Source: Nitrosospira sp. (GTDB lineage: Bacteria; Pseudomonadota; Gammaproteobacteria; Burkholderiales; Nitrosomonadaceae). From it: a stretch of 37,834 bases of DNA. This document shows, one piece after another, positions 19,743 through 31,280 of this stretch. Location of the stretch: assembly GCA_035692965.1 (NCBI GenBank), contig DASSHJ010000228.1, forward strand, positions 1-37,834. The letters run 5' to 3'. The stretch's first letter is position 1; each line of letters opens with the position of its first letter. The notes under the pieces were generated by a model. The model searched no databases and was not told the DNA's origin. It was given only the letters and a program-made list of their open reading frames with translations. A program made the translations under genes and the position numbers.

Positions 19743-21407
19743 ATGGCTCAATATGTTTTGACAATGAACCGCGTGGGCAAGATCGTTCCACCCAGGCGCA
19801 CGATTCTCAAGGATATCTCCATCAGTTTCTTTCCCGGTGCGAAGATCGGCCTGCTGGGGCTCAATGGCTCAGGCAAGTCGACGGTTCTGAAGATCATGTC
19901 GGGCGTTGACAAGGATATCGAGGGGGAGGTTACCGCCATGCCTAACCTCAACATCGGTTACCTTCCGCAAGAACCTCAACTTAATCCCGAACAAACGGTG
20001 CGCGATGCAGTACAGGAAGGACTGGGTGAACTGTTTACAGCCCAGCAGAAACTGGAAGAGATCTATGCCGCTTACGCGGAGCCCGATGCCGATTTTGACG
20101 CGTTGGCCACGGAACAGAGCCGGCTCGAAGCCATACTCGCCACCGGCGGCGGAAATACGAGCCAACAGATGGAAATTGCCGCGGATGCGCTCCGCCTACC
20201 CGATTGGGATACCCGGGTCAAACATCTTTCCGGAGGGGAAAAGCGCCGCGTGGCATTGTGCAAACTGCTGCTATCCAAGCCCGACATGCTGTTGCTGGAC
20301 GAACCCACCAATCACCTTGATGCAGAGTCCGTCGAATGGCTCGAGCAGTTTCTCACGCGGTTTCCCGGTACTGTTGTGGCAGTCACCCATGACCGTTATT
20401 TTCTTGACAACGCTGCCGAGTGGATCCTGGAGCTTGACCGCGGTCATGGCATACCCTGGAAGGGTAACTACAGTTCGTGGCTGGAGCAAAAGGAAAACCG
20501 CCTGAAGCAGGAAGAATCGGCGGAATCCGCTCGACAGAAATCGCTGAAGAAAGAACTGGAGTGGGTCAGGCAGAATCCCAAGGGGCGCCAAGCCAAATCG
20601 AAGGCGCGCATCGCCCGGTTTGAAGAACTTAATTCCCAGGAATATCAGAAGCGTAACGAGACGCAGGAAATATTCATTCCCGTCGCGGACAGGCTGGGCA
20701 ACGAAGTCATCGAATTCAAAAATGTCTCGAAAGCCTACGATGATCGCCTTCTGATCGAGAATCTAAACTTCAAGGTACCCGCTGGCGCCATTGTCGGGAT
20801 TATCGGCCCAAATGGAGCGGGCAAATCGACGCTGTTCCGCATGATTACGGGAAAGGAGCAACCAGATTCAGGTGAAATCCGCGTTGGACCGACGGTCAGG
20901 ATAGCGCACGTGGATCAATCCCGCGAAGCGCTTGATGGGGCCAAAAACGTTTTCGACACCATTTCGGGGGGCCATGATATCCTCACCGTCGGAAAGTACG
21001 AAACGCCTGTGCGCGCCTATCTTGGCCGTTTCAACTTCAAGGGAGCGGATCAGCAAAAAATTGTGGGAAACCTGTCCGGGGGCGAGAGGGGCCGACTTCA
21101 CCTGGCGAAAATGCTCATCTCGGGAGGAAACGTCCTGCTTCTTGATGAGCCTTCCAACGATCTGGACGTGGAAACACTGCGCGCACTCGAGGAGGCGCTG
21201 CTGGAATTCGCCGGCTCCGTCCTGGTGATATCCCACGACCGATGGTTTCTGGATCGTATCGCTACCCACATCCTGTCTTTCGAAGGAAATTCGCAGGTTG
21301 CGTTCTTCGACGGGAATTACCAGGAATACGAAGCGGACAAACGGAAGCGTCTCGGCGAAGAGGGCGCAAAGCCCAAGCGGCTACGCTACAAGCCGATCAA
21401 CCGATGA
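19743..21407 (+). CDS. ettA: Energy-dependent translational throttle protein EttA (ABC-F)
   Basis: 554 aa starting MAQYVLTMNRVGKIVPP. Two ABC domains (GLNGSGKST, GPNGAGKST, two LSGGE) and the ELEWVRQNPKGRQAKSKAR linker. Confidence 0.98.
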   Translation: MAQYVLTMNRVGKIVPPRRTILKDISISFFPGAKIGLLGLNGSGKSTVLKIMSGVDKDIEGEVTAMPNLNIGYLPQEPQLNPEQTVRDAVQEGLGELFTAQQKLEEIYAAYAEPDADFDALATEQSRLEAILATGGGNTSQQMEIAADALRLPDWDTRVKHLSGGEKRRVALCKLLLSKPDMLLLDEPTNHLDAESVEWLEQFLTRFPGTVVAVTHDRYFLDNAAEWILELDRGHGIPWKGNYSSWLEQKENRLKQEESAESARQKSLKKELEWVRQNPKGRQAKSKARIARFEELNSQEYQKRNETQEIFIPVADRLGNEVIEFKNVSKAYDDRLLIENLNFKVPAGAIVGIIGPNGAGKSTLFRMITGKEQPDSGEIRVGPTVRIAHVDQSREALDGAKNVFDTISGGHDILTVGKYETPVRAYLGRFNFKGADQQKIVGNLSGGERGRLHLAKMLISGGNVLLLDEPSNDLDVETLRALEEALLEFAGSVLVISHDRWFLDRIATHILSFEGNSQVAFFDGNYQEYEADKRKRLGEEGAKPKRLRYKPINR

Positions 21408-21434
21408 GCCGCCATTTATGAAACCGGCGGCTCA
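21405..21434. terminator. Hairpin between convergent ettA and the hypothetical gene
   Basis: TGAGCCGCC-N12-GGCGGCTCA forms a 9-bp stem beginning at the ettA stop. The U-tract is weak. Confidence 0.5.
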
Positions 21435-21462
21435 ATTCCCGTGGAAGGGACCGACCTTCCCG

Positions 21463-21780
21463 CTAATAACGGCCCTCGCGCTTCGGACCAGTTCCAGTGA
21501 TGTCGGTATCCGAGTCATCATAGCGCTCCGTCCCATCCGTACTGTACCGGGAGTTATCCCGTTTTTTTTGCGTGGTTGAACCTTCCTTTATATGCAACCT
21601 CTCTTTTATGCTTTTGTCCTTATTATTGGGGTTCGTGTCCCGAACGGCTGGGGAATCCGCCGGGCCAATCTCATCGGGGATGTCCTGCCCTGCTGAATGA
21701 ACCAATCCGGCGCCGGTCAAACCTAAAATCACTGAACTGGTAACGACAAACGATCTGAAGACTAATCTCCTGGTTTTCAT
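21463..21780 (-). CDS. Small exported hydrophilic protein
   Basis: AGGAG ribosome-binding site upstream, signal-peptide-like N-terminus (MKTRRLVFRSFVVTSSVILGLTGAGLVHSA) and a charged low-complexity mature part. Confidence 0.7.
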   Translation of the reverse strand: MKTRRLVFRSFVVTSSVILGLTGAGLVHSAGQDIPDEIGPADSPAVRDTNPNNKDKSIKERLHIKEGSTTQKKRDNSRYSTDGTERYDDSDTDITGTGPKREGRY

Positions 21781-22099
21781 GTTTATTCTCCTGAGTTCGC
21801 TCTGCGGGATTTAAGCTATCCCAAATGATAGCGTCGCCGTCAAGCTGTTCAGTACGCTAGCACACTTAAGCACAGGAATATTTATCCAGATAACAGACTG
21901 CTTTCAGCTTGCGAACAAATGCAAAAGAGGACGCACGTGCGAGGAGAGAGCGGTTCGAGGGGGCAAGTTATAAAAACGGCGATAACCCCCGCTCATGTCC
22001 TCGGTTGCGAACCATACGAACCAAGCTGTCTGATATCATGCATGTGCCATCCCTGCCGACGGGCGAGATGACGCTCTGGTTCCTTAACAGCCCTCGTTC

Positions 22100-22783
22100 A
22101 TGAAAACGATCTCTTTCGTATTCTTATTCGCTTGTGTCCTTACCCTCTTACCCATATCAACCGAGGTGTCGGCCTTGGAACAAGAGGAAGCTTGCCCCGA
22201 ATGTCCCGTGATGGTGTCCGTTCCCGGTGCTAAATTTGCCATCGGAAAATATGAAGTGACTTTCAAGGAATGGGATGCCTGTGTCGCAGATCGGGGTTGC
22301 GGGGGCTACCAGCCCTATGACAACGGCTGGGGCCGGGACGCCCGGCCCGTGATCAACGTGAGCTGGAACGATGTTCAGACATATATTCGGTGGCTATCGC
22401 AAAAAACCGGCAAGGCCTATCGCCTTCCCACTGAGCAGGAATGGGAAATTGCCATGCGGGGAGGCACGACCACCGAGTATTATTGGGGCAACGATGTAGG
22501 CCGAAACAACGCCAACTGCGATGGATGCGGGAGCGAATGGGATAACAGGAAAACTGCGCCGGTAGGCAGCTTCAAACCGAATCCCTTCGGCTTGTATGAC
22601 ATGATGGGCAACACATGGGAGTGGACCGATAGTTGCTGGAAAGGCAATTGCATGAAGCGCATGCTTTGCGGCGGTTCCTGGAACCACAGGCCTCAGGATA
22701 TGCGTGCCGGCATGTGCAACTGGTTTGACACGAACAAGCGGATGCGCTACCTGGGGTTTCGAGTCGCCCTTTCCCTTCCCTGA
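22100..22783 (+). CDS. Exported FGE-sulfatase (SUMF1-like) domain protein
   Basis: Signal peptide; FAIGKYEVT, PVINVSWND, YRLPTEQEWE, PNPFGLYDMMGNTWEW and GFRVA. Confidence 0.92.
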   Translation: MKTISFVFLFACVLTLLPISTEVSALEQEEACPECPVMVSVPGAKFAIGKYEVTFKEWDACVADRGCGGYQPYDNGWGRDARPVINVSWNDVQTYIRWLSQKTGKAYRLPTEQEWEIAMRGGTTTEYYWGNDVGRNNANCDGCGSEWDNRKTAPVGSFKPNPFGLYDMMGNTWEWTDSCWKGNCMKRMLCGGSWNHRPQDMRAGMCNWFDTNKRMRYLGFRVALSLP

Positions 22784-22838
22784 CTTGCGATACCTCGCCG
22801 CTCCACCCTTGCTCAAGCCTCCACGTTCTGGCAGACCG

Positions 22839-24107
<1,269 letters not shown>

Positions 24108-24474
24108 TCACGGGAGATGGGTTTCATGTACCTCAAGACGTACTTTCAAGGCTTCGAGGCTGAGCTAAGGCATCAATTAAGGGATCAAGCGGCAGAAATC
24201 ATTGGGGAGAGGGAGGGGCACCATCGGTTAGCCCAAATTCGGAAAAGCGTGGACAACCGTAACAAACGGCGTGTCCCGGCTATACGAAAGGTCCTTTCTA
24301 TGTCGGACGGGTGACTGGAGTGACGGGATCAGAGTCGACAGCAGTTTAGTGAAGGTTCATGCGCGGGACCATGGTTGAAATATGCCCGAGTTCGCTTCAT
24401 CATATCGCAAAGTGCGCCTTAATGGTTTTCAAATTGCAATCCATCGCTACCTACGACAATAATGAGGAGATCAG

Positions 24475-24864
24475 ATGAAGAAAAGTACGGTCCAGACCAA
24501 TGATGCGCCCAAGCCGATAGGTCCTTATTCCCAGGCAATACGGGTGAGCGGTGGAGATACGGTTTACCTGTCCGGCCAGATCGGCCTTAACCCTTCTACC
24601 ATGCAAATGGCCCCGGATGTGGAAGAGCAGGCGCAGCAAGTGTTTTCGAATCTTATGGCAGTCGCTGCAGCGAGCGGGGGAAGCCTGAGCGATATCGTCA
24701 AGTTGAATGTTTACTTGACCGATCTTTCCAATTTTGAAAAAGTGAATGCGATCATGGCAAGCCATTTCAAGGAGCCATATCCTGCACGGGCGGCAATCGG
24801 GGTAGCGGCCCTGCCGCGGGGTGCGCTGGTGGAAGTTGACGGGGTTCTGGTATTGCCGGGGTGA
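24475..24864 (+). CDS. ridA: RidA/YjgF family enamine/imine deaminase
   Basis: [23 protein letters not shown] and [10 protein letters not shown], with a GAGGAG ribosome-binding site. Confidence 0.93.
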   Translation: MKKSTVQTNDAPKPIGPYSQAIRVSGGDTVYLSGQIGLNPSTMQMAPDVEEQAQQVFSNLMAVAAASGGSLSDIVKLNVYLTDLSNFEKVNAIMASHFKEPYPARAAIGVAALPRGALVEVDGVLVLPG

Positions 24865-26985
24865 ATGGCAGACGCAACTTCGATCATGGCTTCCCCTGCT
24901 CAGGCCGGATCTATTGGCGGAGCGCTGGAAGATAAGCTGTCGAGGCTAGGCATCAAGGATGAACTCGGCCTGCTGATGCATTTACCATTGCGTTATGAAG
25001 ATGAAACGCATCTTTATCCCATTCGGGATGCTCCCGAGAACAGGATCGTGCAGGTCGAGGGGGTCATTACCCACAGCCAGGTCATGTTTCGCCCGCGTCG
25101 GCAGCTCGTATGCCGCGTGGATGACGGTACCGGCGTGCTTGTCATGCGCTTTCTCAATTTTTACGGCAGCCAGGCAAAGGCGTACGCATCAGGGGGGCGC
25201 GTCCGCTTGGTGGGCGAGATACGCGGTGGCTTTTTTGGTATGGAGATGGTTCACCCGAAATGCCGCCTCATAAATGGGACCGAGCCATTGCCCGACACGC
25301 TGACTCCAGTCTACCCCACCACGGCTGGGCTTTCATCCAGCGCGATCCACAAGCTTGTTCTGCGCGCGCTCAAACGCGTACACGGTTACAGCAGCGCAGG
25401 AAATGAGAAGCAGGAGGATTGCCTTTCAGAAACACTGCCGGAGAATATCCTGGAACGGTTGGGTTTACCCGGTTTCAGAAATAGCATAACCTTCCTGCAT
25501 CAGCCTTGCCCCGACACGCCTGTCGCATCGTTGGAACGGCGTACGCATCCGGCGTGGCGGCGGATCAAGTTTGACGAATTACTTGCCCAGCAATTGTCCA
25601 TGCGCCTCCATTACCGCCGCAGGCGCAGCGGCAGCGCACCCGTTCTTGAGGCAAGGAACCGGTTGGCCGGCAAACTGCTTGAATCACTGCCCTTCCAACT
25701 CACGAAGGGGCAAAAGAAAGCGGTTGGCGAGATCAGCAAGGATCTCGCCGCCACCTTCCCCATGCAACGGCTCCTGCAAGGCGATGTAGGGAGTGGCAAG
25801 ACAGTGGTTGCCGCGCTCGCCATGCTACAGGCCATCGAAAACGGCTATCAGGCGGCCATGATGGCGCCTACAGAGATTTTGGCAGAGCAGCATTATCGAA
25901 AACTGTCCAAGTGGCTTCTTCCCATCCTGGAACCGCTGGGGATGGCAATTGCGTGGATATCGGGTCAGCAGAAAAAGAGCCAGCGGGAATCGATGCTGAA
26001 TCATATCGCCAGAGGGCGCGCCATGCTGGCCATCGGTACTCATGCATTATTCCAGGAACAGGTGCAGTTTGATCGATTAGGCCTGGTCATCGTTGACGAG
26101 CAGCATCGTTTTGGCGTGCATCAGCGCCTGGCGCTGAGAAGGAAAGGCACGGGCACGATCGGGACGCCCCACCAATTGATGATGAGCGCCACGCCCATTC
26201 CTCGCACGCTTTCGATGAGCTATTTCGCGGACCTGGATGTATCAGTCATCGATGAACTGCCGCCAGGCCGCGCCGGGATTGCTACCCGATTGTTTGCTGA
26301 TACTCGGCGCGACGAGGTGATAGCCCGCATTCGCGACGCGTGCCAAAGCGGCAGGCAGGCATACTGGGTGTGTCCGCTCATCGAGGAATCCGAAGCCCTC
26401 CAGTTGAAAACAGCGCTGGAAACGCGCGAAACGCTGAGCGGGATTTTCCCGGACTTGAGAATCGGTCTGGTGCACGGGAAGCTGCCGCCGCAGGAAAAAT
26501 CGGCAGTGATGGAAGCATTCGCACAAGGCGACATTTCACTGCTTGTGGCCACGACAGTGATTGAAGTTGGCGTGGATGTTCCCAATGCTTCCCTGATGAT
26601 CATCGAGCATGCCGAACGAATGGGGCTGGCGCAGCTTCATCAGCTGCGAGGCCGTGTAGGACGTGGCGAAGCGGGTGGACAATGCATATTACTGTACCAA
26701 AAACCTTTATCGGCAAATGCCCGCGAGCGTCTCAAAATCATTTTCGAACATACCGATGGATTCGAGATTGCGCGCCACGACCTGCGCCTGCGCGGTCCCG
26801 GCGAATTTCTCGGCGCCCGCCAGAGCGGAGTACCCATGCTGAAGTTCGCCGACCTGGAGCAGGACATTGATTTGCTTGATGCGGCACGCAATGTTGCAGA
26901 TGATCTACTGTGCAATCACCCGTTCGAAGCGCAATTCCACCTCGAACGCTGGCTTGGACGAAAAAGCGAATACCTTCAGGTCTGA
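24865..26985 (+). CDS. recG: ATP-dependent DNA helicase RecG
   Basis: HLPLRYED, RLLQGDVGSGKT, DEQHRFG, MSATPIPRTL, GLAQLHQLRGRVGRG and DLRLRGPGE. Confidence 0.98.
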   Translation: MADATSIMASPAQAGSIGGALEDKLSRLGIKDELGLLMHLPLRYEDETHLYPIRDAPENRIVQVEGVITHSQVMFRPRRQLVCRVDDGTGVLVMRFLNFYGSQAKAYASGGRVRLVGEIRGGFFGMEMVHPKCRLINGTEPLPDTLTPVYPTTAGLSSSAIHKLVLRALKRVHGYSSAGNEKQEDCLSETLPENILERLGLPGFRNSITFLHQPCPDTPVASLERRTHPAWRRIKFDELLAQQLSMRLHYRRRRSGSAPVLEARNRLAGKLLESLPFQLTKGQKKAVGEISKDLAATFPMQRLLQGDVGSGKTVVAALAMLQAIENGYQAAMMAPTEILAEQHYRKLSKWLLPILEPLGMAIAWISGQQKKSQRESMLNHIARGRAMLAIGTHALFQEQVQFDRLGLVIVDEQHRFGVHQRLALRRKGTGTIGTPHQLMMSATPIPRTLSMSYFADLDVSVIDELPPGRAGIATRLFADTRRDEVIARIRDACQSGRQAYWVCPLIEESEALQLKTALETRETLSGIFPDLRIGLVHGKLPPQEKSAVMEAFAQGDISLLVATTVIEVGVDVPNASLMIIEHAERMGLAQLHQLRGRVGRGEAGGQCILLYQKPLSANARERLKIIFEHTDGFEIARHDLRLRGPGEFLGARQSGVPMLKFADLEQDIDLLDAARNVADDLLCNHPFEAQFHLERWLGRKSEYLQV

Positions 26986-27024
26986 ATCATTAATCCGTTC
27001 GGTGCCCGCCGCCAGGCTTCCCCC

Positions 27025-27813
27025 ATGATTATTCAGGTTGATAACCTGACACTGGAGCATCCCGGAAAAACGTTATGCCGCGGCTTGAGCGTGACAATCA
27101 ATGCGGGCGAATGCTGGGCGATACTCGGAAAGAACGGATCTGGCAAGACAACGCTGTTGAATGCCTTTGCAGGCTTGGGCGAGCCAAAAGATCAGGCGGA
27201 TGCAAGGATACTGGCAGACGGGAAACCGCCTCATGTATGGCCGCGGCGCGAGTTTTCCCGCAATCTCGGAATTCTGCTGCAGGAGGAGCCAGGAGAATTC
27301 TGGGGCAATGTCGAGGAGTATGTGCTGCTGGGCAGGCACCCCCATCTGAGGAGTTTGTTCGGCTGGGACGAGACCGATCACGAAATCGCCATGCAAGCCC
27401 TGGAGCGGATGGAACTGACAGATGTAGCTCATCGCCGTATTGGCACGTTATCGGGAGGAGAGCGCCAACGAGCAAGGATCGCCCTGCTGCTCGCCCAGTC
27501 GCCGTCGTGCTATCTGCTCGACGAACCGCTTCAGCACCTGGATCTGCGCCATCAGTTAGCCACCCTTGCGCTGTTTCATGAACTAACCAGGAATGGAAGA
27601 ACTATTGTCATGGTACTCCACGACGCGAGTTGGGCAAACCGGTTCTGCAGCCACGTTCTCATGCTGTTCGACAATGGCTCCGCGACAGCCGGCCCGGTCA
27701 AGGAAGTGCTCAATCGCACCAATCTCGAAACGCTTTATCATTGTCCCATGCATGAAATCGGGATAGGAGGCGTAAGCCATTTCATACCGGCAGACGTCGC
27801 GCCCCGTGTATAA
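27025..27813 (+). CDS. ABC transporter ATP-binding protein, FecE/BtuD (iron-chelate/cobalamin) family
   Basis: Walker A GKNGSGKT, LGRHPH, signature LSGGERQR, Walker B YLLDEP...HLDLRHQ and H-loop VLHD. Confidence 0.9.
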   Translation: MIIQVDNLTLEHPGKTLCRGLSVTINAGECWAILGKNGSGKTTLLNAFAGLGEPKDQADARILADGKPPHVWPRREFSRNLGILLQEEPGEFWGNVEEYVLLGRHPHLRSLFGWDETDHEIAMQALERMELTDVAHRRIGTLSGGERQRARIALLLAQSPSCYLLDEPLQHLDLRHQLATLALFHELTRNGRTIVMVLHDASWANRFCSHVLMLFDNGSATAGPVKEVLNRTNLETLYHCPMHEIGIGGVSHFIPADVAPRV

Positions 27814-27881
27814 TTCCGGCTTGATGTCCCCCTTGACGGAACCCTGGAGCCATTCCTGCGCTTTTTCGGGTTCCCAATTGC

Positions 27882-29288
27882 ATGATCGGTAAACTTCTTC
27901 GCCGCGTCTTCACCCGCGGCAAACCTCCCTCCTCCCCCGTCCCCGGCTCCGCTTCCGGCCCCAATGTTATTCCAAGGGAGGAACATGGCATCTCGCGGGA
28001 TCACATCAACAAATGCGCACTAAATGTAACCTCAAGCCTGCAGGAGGCCGGATTCGCTGCTTTTATCGTTGGCGGGGCGGCACGTGACCTGATATTGGGA
28101 CTGGAACCGAAGGACTTCGACGTCGCGACAAATGCGACGCCTGAGGAAGTGCGCCCCATTTTCAGACGCTCGCGTATCATTGGCCGCCGTTTCCGCCTGG
28201 TTCACGTCATGTGCGGACAAGAGACAGTCGAAGTATCGACGTTTCGGGGCGGGTCATCAGGAGAAGACGAGCTTGCTTCAGAAGATCATACTGATGACCA
28301 GGGGCGGCTGCTGCATGACAATATATTCGGCACGCAGGAAGAGGATGCGAAGCGTCGCGATTTCACTGTCAACGCGCTGTTTTTCGATCCCGTTCATGAA
28401 GAGATCTGGGATTATCTGAACGGGTATGACGACATCAAGGCTCGGCGCTTGCGCATTATCGGCGACCCGGAGCGCCGGTATCGCGAGGATCCCATCAGGA
28501 TGCTCCGGGCAGTCCGGCTCGCCGCCAAGCTCGATATGCAGATCGACGCGGATACCGCGGCTCCCATTCGCGATCTTGCTCCGCTGTTGCGTAATGTCCC
28601 CCCATCGCGGCTGTTTGACGAGATGCTCAAGCTGCTGCTCTCCGGCCACGCGCTCACGTGCGTGGCCGAGCTACGCAAACGCGGATTGCACCACGGCCTG
28701 CTCCCCATGCTGGATGTGATACTGGAGCAGCCACTGGGTGAGCGCTTTATTACGCTTGCGCTAACGAATACCGACGAGCGCGTCCGGCAGGAAAAGCCAG
28801 TTTCTCCCGGATTTCTTTTCGCAGCGCTTCTGTGGCATGAAGTCCTCGGCGCGTGGAACAATCGCCAGGCGGCGGGGGAAAGACCAATTCCTGCCCTGTA
28901 CGAGGCGATGGATGACGTGCTGGAAGTGCAAAACAAGAATCTTGCAATTCCCCGCCGCTACGATGCTGTCATGAAAGAGATCTGGGCGGCCCAGCCGCGT
29001 TTCGCTGCACGGTCCGGGCGCAGGCCATTCCGGCTGCTGGAGCATCCTCGTTTTCGGGCTGCATACGATTTCATGCTGCTCCGTTGCGAGAGCGGAGAAG
29101 TGGATAGCGAACTGGGCAAATGGTGGCAGATATTCCAGCATGCGAACTCCGGCGAACGCGAAGCAATGCTGATCAGGGATGAACTTCTAAACAAGCGTAA
29201 AAGAAGCAGGGGACGACGCAAACCAGCATTGGCGGATACGGTTGATAACGGAAAGCTGACGGATTCCGACGCCTCGGGTCCGAAATAG
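27882..29288 (+). CDS. pcnB: Poly(A) polymerase I
   Basis: VGGAARDL...PKDFDVATNATPEEV, the PAP-type IIGRRFRLVHV motif, RRDFTVNAL, EDPIRMLR and a basic C-terminal tail. Lies upstream of folK. Confidence 0.97.
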   Translation: MIGKLLRRVFTRGKPPSSPVPGSASGPNVIPREEHGISRDHINKCALNVTSSLQEAGFAAFIVGGAARDLILGLEPKDFDVATNATPEEVRPIFRRSRIIGRRFRLVHVMCGQETVEVSTFRGGSSGEDELASEDHTDDQGRLLHDNIFGTQEEDAKRRDFTVNALFFDPVHEEIWDYLNGYDDIKARRLRIIGDPERRYREDPIRMLRAVRLAAKLDMQIDADTAAPIRDLAPLLRNVPPSRLFDEMLKLLLSGHALTCVAELRKRGLHHGLLPMLDVILEQPLGERFITLALTNTDERVRQEKPVSPGFLFAALLWHEVLGAWNNRQAAGERPIPALYEAMDDVLEVQNKNLAIPRRYDAVMKEIWAAQPRFAARSGRRPFRLLEHPRFRAAYDFMLLRCESGEVDSELGKWWQIFQHANSGEREAMLIRDELLNKRKRSRGRRKPALADTVDNGKLTDSDASGPK

Positions 29289-29290
29289 GC

Positions 29291-29809
29291 ATGGCGCGCA
29301 TTGTGTCCTCGCACGCCGTCTGCCCGGCCTTCATAGCACTCGGCAGCAATCTGGCCAATCCTGAAAGCCAGGTACTGACTGCATTCGATGAACTGGCGAG
29401 GCTTCGCTCGAGCCGCCTGCTCACGCACTCTTCACTCTATCGAAGCGCTCCCGTCGGACGCCTCGATCAGCCGGATTTCATCAATGCCGCGGCGTACATG
29501 GAAACTGTCCTGTCCCCTCACGAGTTGCTCGCCGCCCTGCTGGATATCGAGCGCACACATGGCCGAGTGCGTGAATGTCGTGATGGGCCGCGGACACTGG
29601 ATTTAGACCTCCTGATCTATAACGATTTCGAATGCAATGATTCCTCCCTGACTCTGCCGCATCCAAGAATGCATCAAAGGGCCTTTGTGATCCAGCCACT
29701 TATGGAAATCGCGCCGGATGTCCGTATTCCCGGGCAACCTGCTCTGGCTGAATTGCTGGCTGCATGCGGAGGGCAGCGTCTCGAACGTCTGAAGAACAAC
29801 CGGGAATGA
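29291..29809 (+). CDS. folK: 2-amino-4-hydroxy-6-hydroxymethyldihydropteridine pyrophosphokinase
   Basis: IALGSNL, QPDFINA, GPRTLDLDLL and LPHPRMHQRAFV. Confidence 0.97.
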   Translation: MARIVSSHAVCPAFIALGSNLANPESQVLTAFDELARLRSSRLLTHSSLYRSAPVGRLDQPDFINAAAYMETVLSPHELLAALLDIERTHGRVRECRDGPRTLDLDLLIYNDFECNDSSLTLPHPRMHQRAFVIQPLMEIAPDVRIPGQPALAELLAACGGQRLERLKNNRE

Positions 29810-30447
29810 AGCTGGAAGAATACCGACATATCGTGATTGAAGGACCGATCGGGGTAGGTAAGACCAGTCTTGCAAGGCGCATGGCAAACCACCTGCGCGG
29901 GGAACTCCTGCTCGAAAAACCGGATGACAACCCGTTCCTCGACAGGTTTTACGAGGACATGCCCCGTTACGCACTGCCAACCCAGTTGTTTTTTCTGTTT
30001 CAGCGCGCCGATCAGTTAAAGGGCCTGGTACAGGCGGATATGTTCGCCAGGCCAGTTGTCAGCGATTTCATGCTCGAGAAGGACCCGCTTTTTGCCCGGC
30101 TTACGCTAACCGACGCCGAATACGACCTCTATCATAAAATATTTCGTCACCTTCAGCCCAAGGCGCCGCCGCCTGGACTGGTGGTTTATTTGCAGGCGCC
30201 CCCAGGTGTATTGATCGAGCGCGTGAAGCGGCGCGGCAACATGTTCGAAAGAAGTATTTCGACGGAATACCTGCAACGCCTGTCGGACAGCTATATGCGT
30301 TTTTTTCATCAGTACGAAGCAGCTCCTCTCATGATCATCAATAGCGAAAACCTCAACTTTGCCGACAGTGAAGCTGATTTTGATTTATTGTTGCAACAAA
30401 TAGAGAAGATGCGCGGGCATCGGGAATATTTCAACCGCGGAATTTAG
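29806..30447 (+). CDS. Deoxynucleoside kinase family protein
   Basis: [11 protein letters not shown]-loop, [16 protein letters not shown] and YLQA. ATG at 29806 overlaps the folK stop. Confidence 0.92.
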   Translation: MKLEEYRHIVIEGPIGVGKTSLARRMANHLRGELLLEKPDDNPFLDRFYEDMPRYALPTQLFFLFQRADQLKGLVQADMFARPVVSDFMLEKDPLFARLTLTDAEYDLYHKIFRHLQPKAPPPGLVVYLQAPPGVLIERVKRRGNMFERSISTEYLQRLSDSYMRFFHQYEAAPLMIINSENLNFADSEADFDLLLQQIEKMRGHREYFNRGI

Positions 30448-30476
30448 CGAGCCGCCTGAACAAAGGGAAATTACTC

Positions 30477-31268
30477 ATGCGCACCACACACGACGTGTTC
30501 CAGAAAATGCGGGATGATGGCGAGAAGATCGCCATCCTCACTTGTTATGACTCAAGTTTTGCCACATTGCTGGAAAACGCGGGGGTAGATATCCTGCTGG
30601 TCGGAGATTCACTCGGGAATGTATTGCAGGGCGAGGAGAGTACCCTTCCCGTTACCATGGATGACATGGTCTACCATACGCGCTGCGTTGCGCGCGGATC
30701 GAGCAAGGCATTCATCATGGCTGACATGCCTTTCGGTTCCTCCCAGGTAAGCCCGGAGGATACTTTTGAAAATGCTGCGGAACTCATGGCCGTGGGGGCC
30801 GGGATGGTCAAGATCGAAGGGGGCAGCGTGATGGCTGAGACAGTGGAATTTCTTACCCGCCGGGGCATTCCTGTCTGCGCACATATCGGTTTGACGCCGC
30901 AGTCTGTGCATCAACTGGGTGGCTATAAGCTTCAAGGACGAACGGACGACCAAGCGAAGCAGTTGCTGGATGACGCCGCCGCCCTGGAAAGTGCAGGTGC
31001 GGCCATGCTGCTCATGGAAGTCGTTCCAGCCCTGCTGGCGAAACAGGTGACGGAAAAACTGTCTATCCCTACCATCGGCATTGGTGCAGGCAAGGATTGC
31101 TCTGCGCAAGTATTGGTACTGTATGACATGCTGGGCATTTATTCCGGCAGAAAGGCACGCTTCATGAAGAACTTCCTGGCCGGCGGAGGGAGCATTCACG
31201 AAGCAGTGACCGATTATGTGCGGGCAGTAAAGGCAGGCGAATTTCCGGGACCGGAACACGCGTTCTGA
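30477..31268 (+). CDS. panB: 3-methyl-2-oxobutanoate hydroxymethyltransferase
   Basis: [33 protein letters not shown] and PTIGIGAG. Confidence 0.98.
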   Translation: MRTTHDVFQKMRDDGEKIAILTCYDSSFATLLENAGVDILLVGDSLGNVLQGEESTLPVTMDDMVYHTRCVARGSSKAFIMADMPFGSSQVSPEDTFENAAELMAVGAGMVKIEGGSVMAETVEFLTRRGIPVCAHIGLTPQSVHQLGGYKLQGRTDDQAKQLLDDAAALESAGAAMLLMEVVPALLAKQVTEKLSIPTIGIGAGKDCSAQVLVLYDMLGIYSGRKARFMKNFLAGGGSIHEAVTDYVRAVKAGEFPGPEHAF

Positions 31269-31280
31269 TCCCCGCGATAA

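Noticed and set aside
22100..22783. Possible diversity-generating retroelement target (C-type lectin fold)
   Set aside because: No reverse transcriptase, Avd or template repeat seen within the window.
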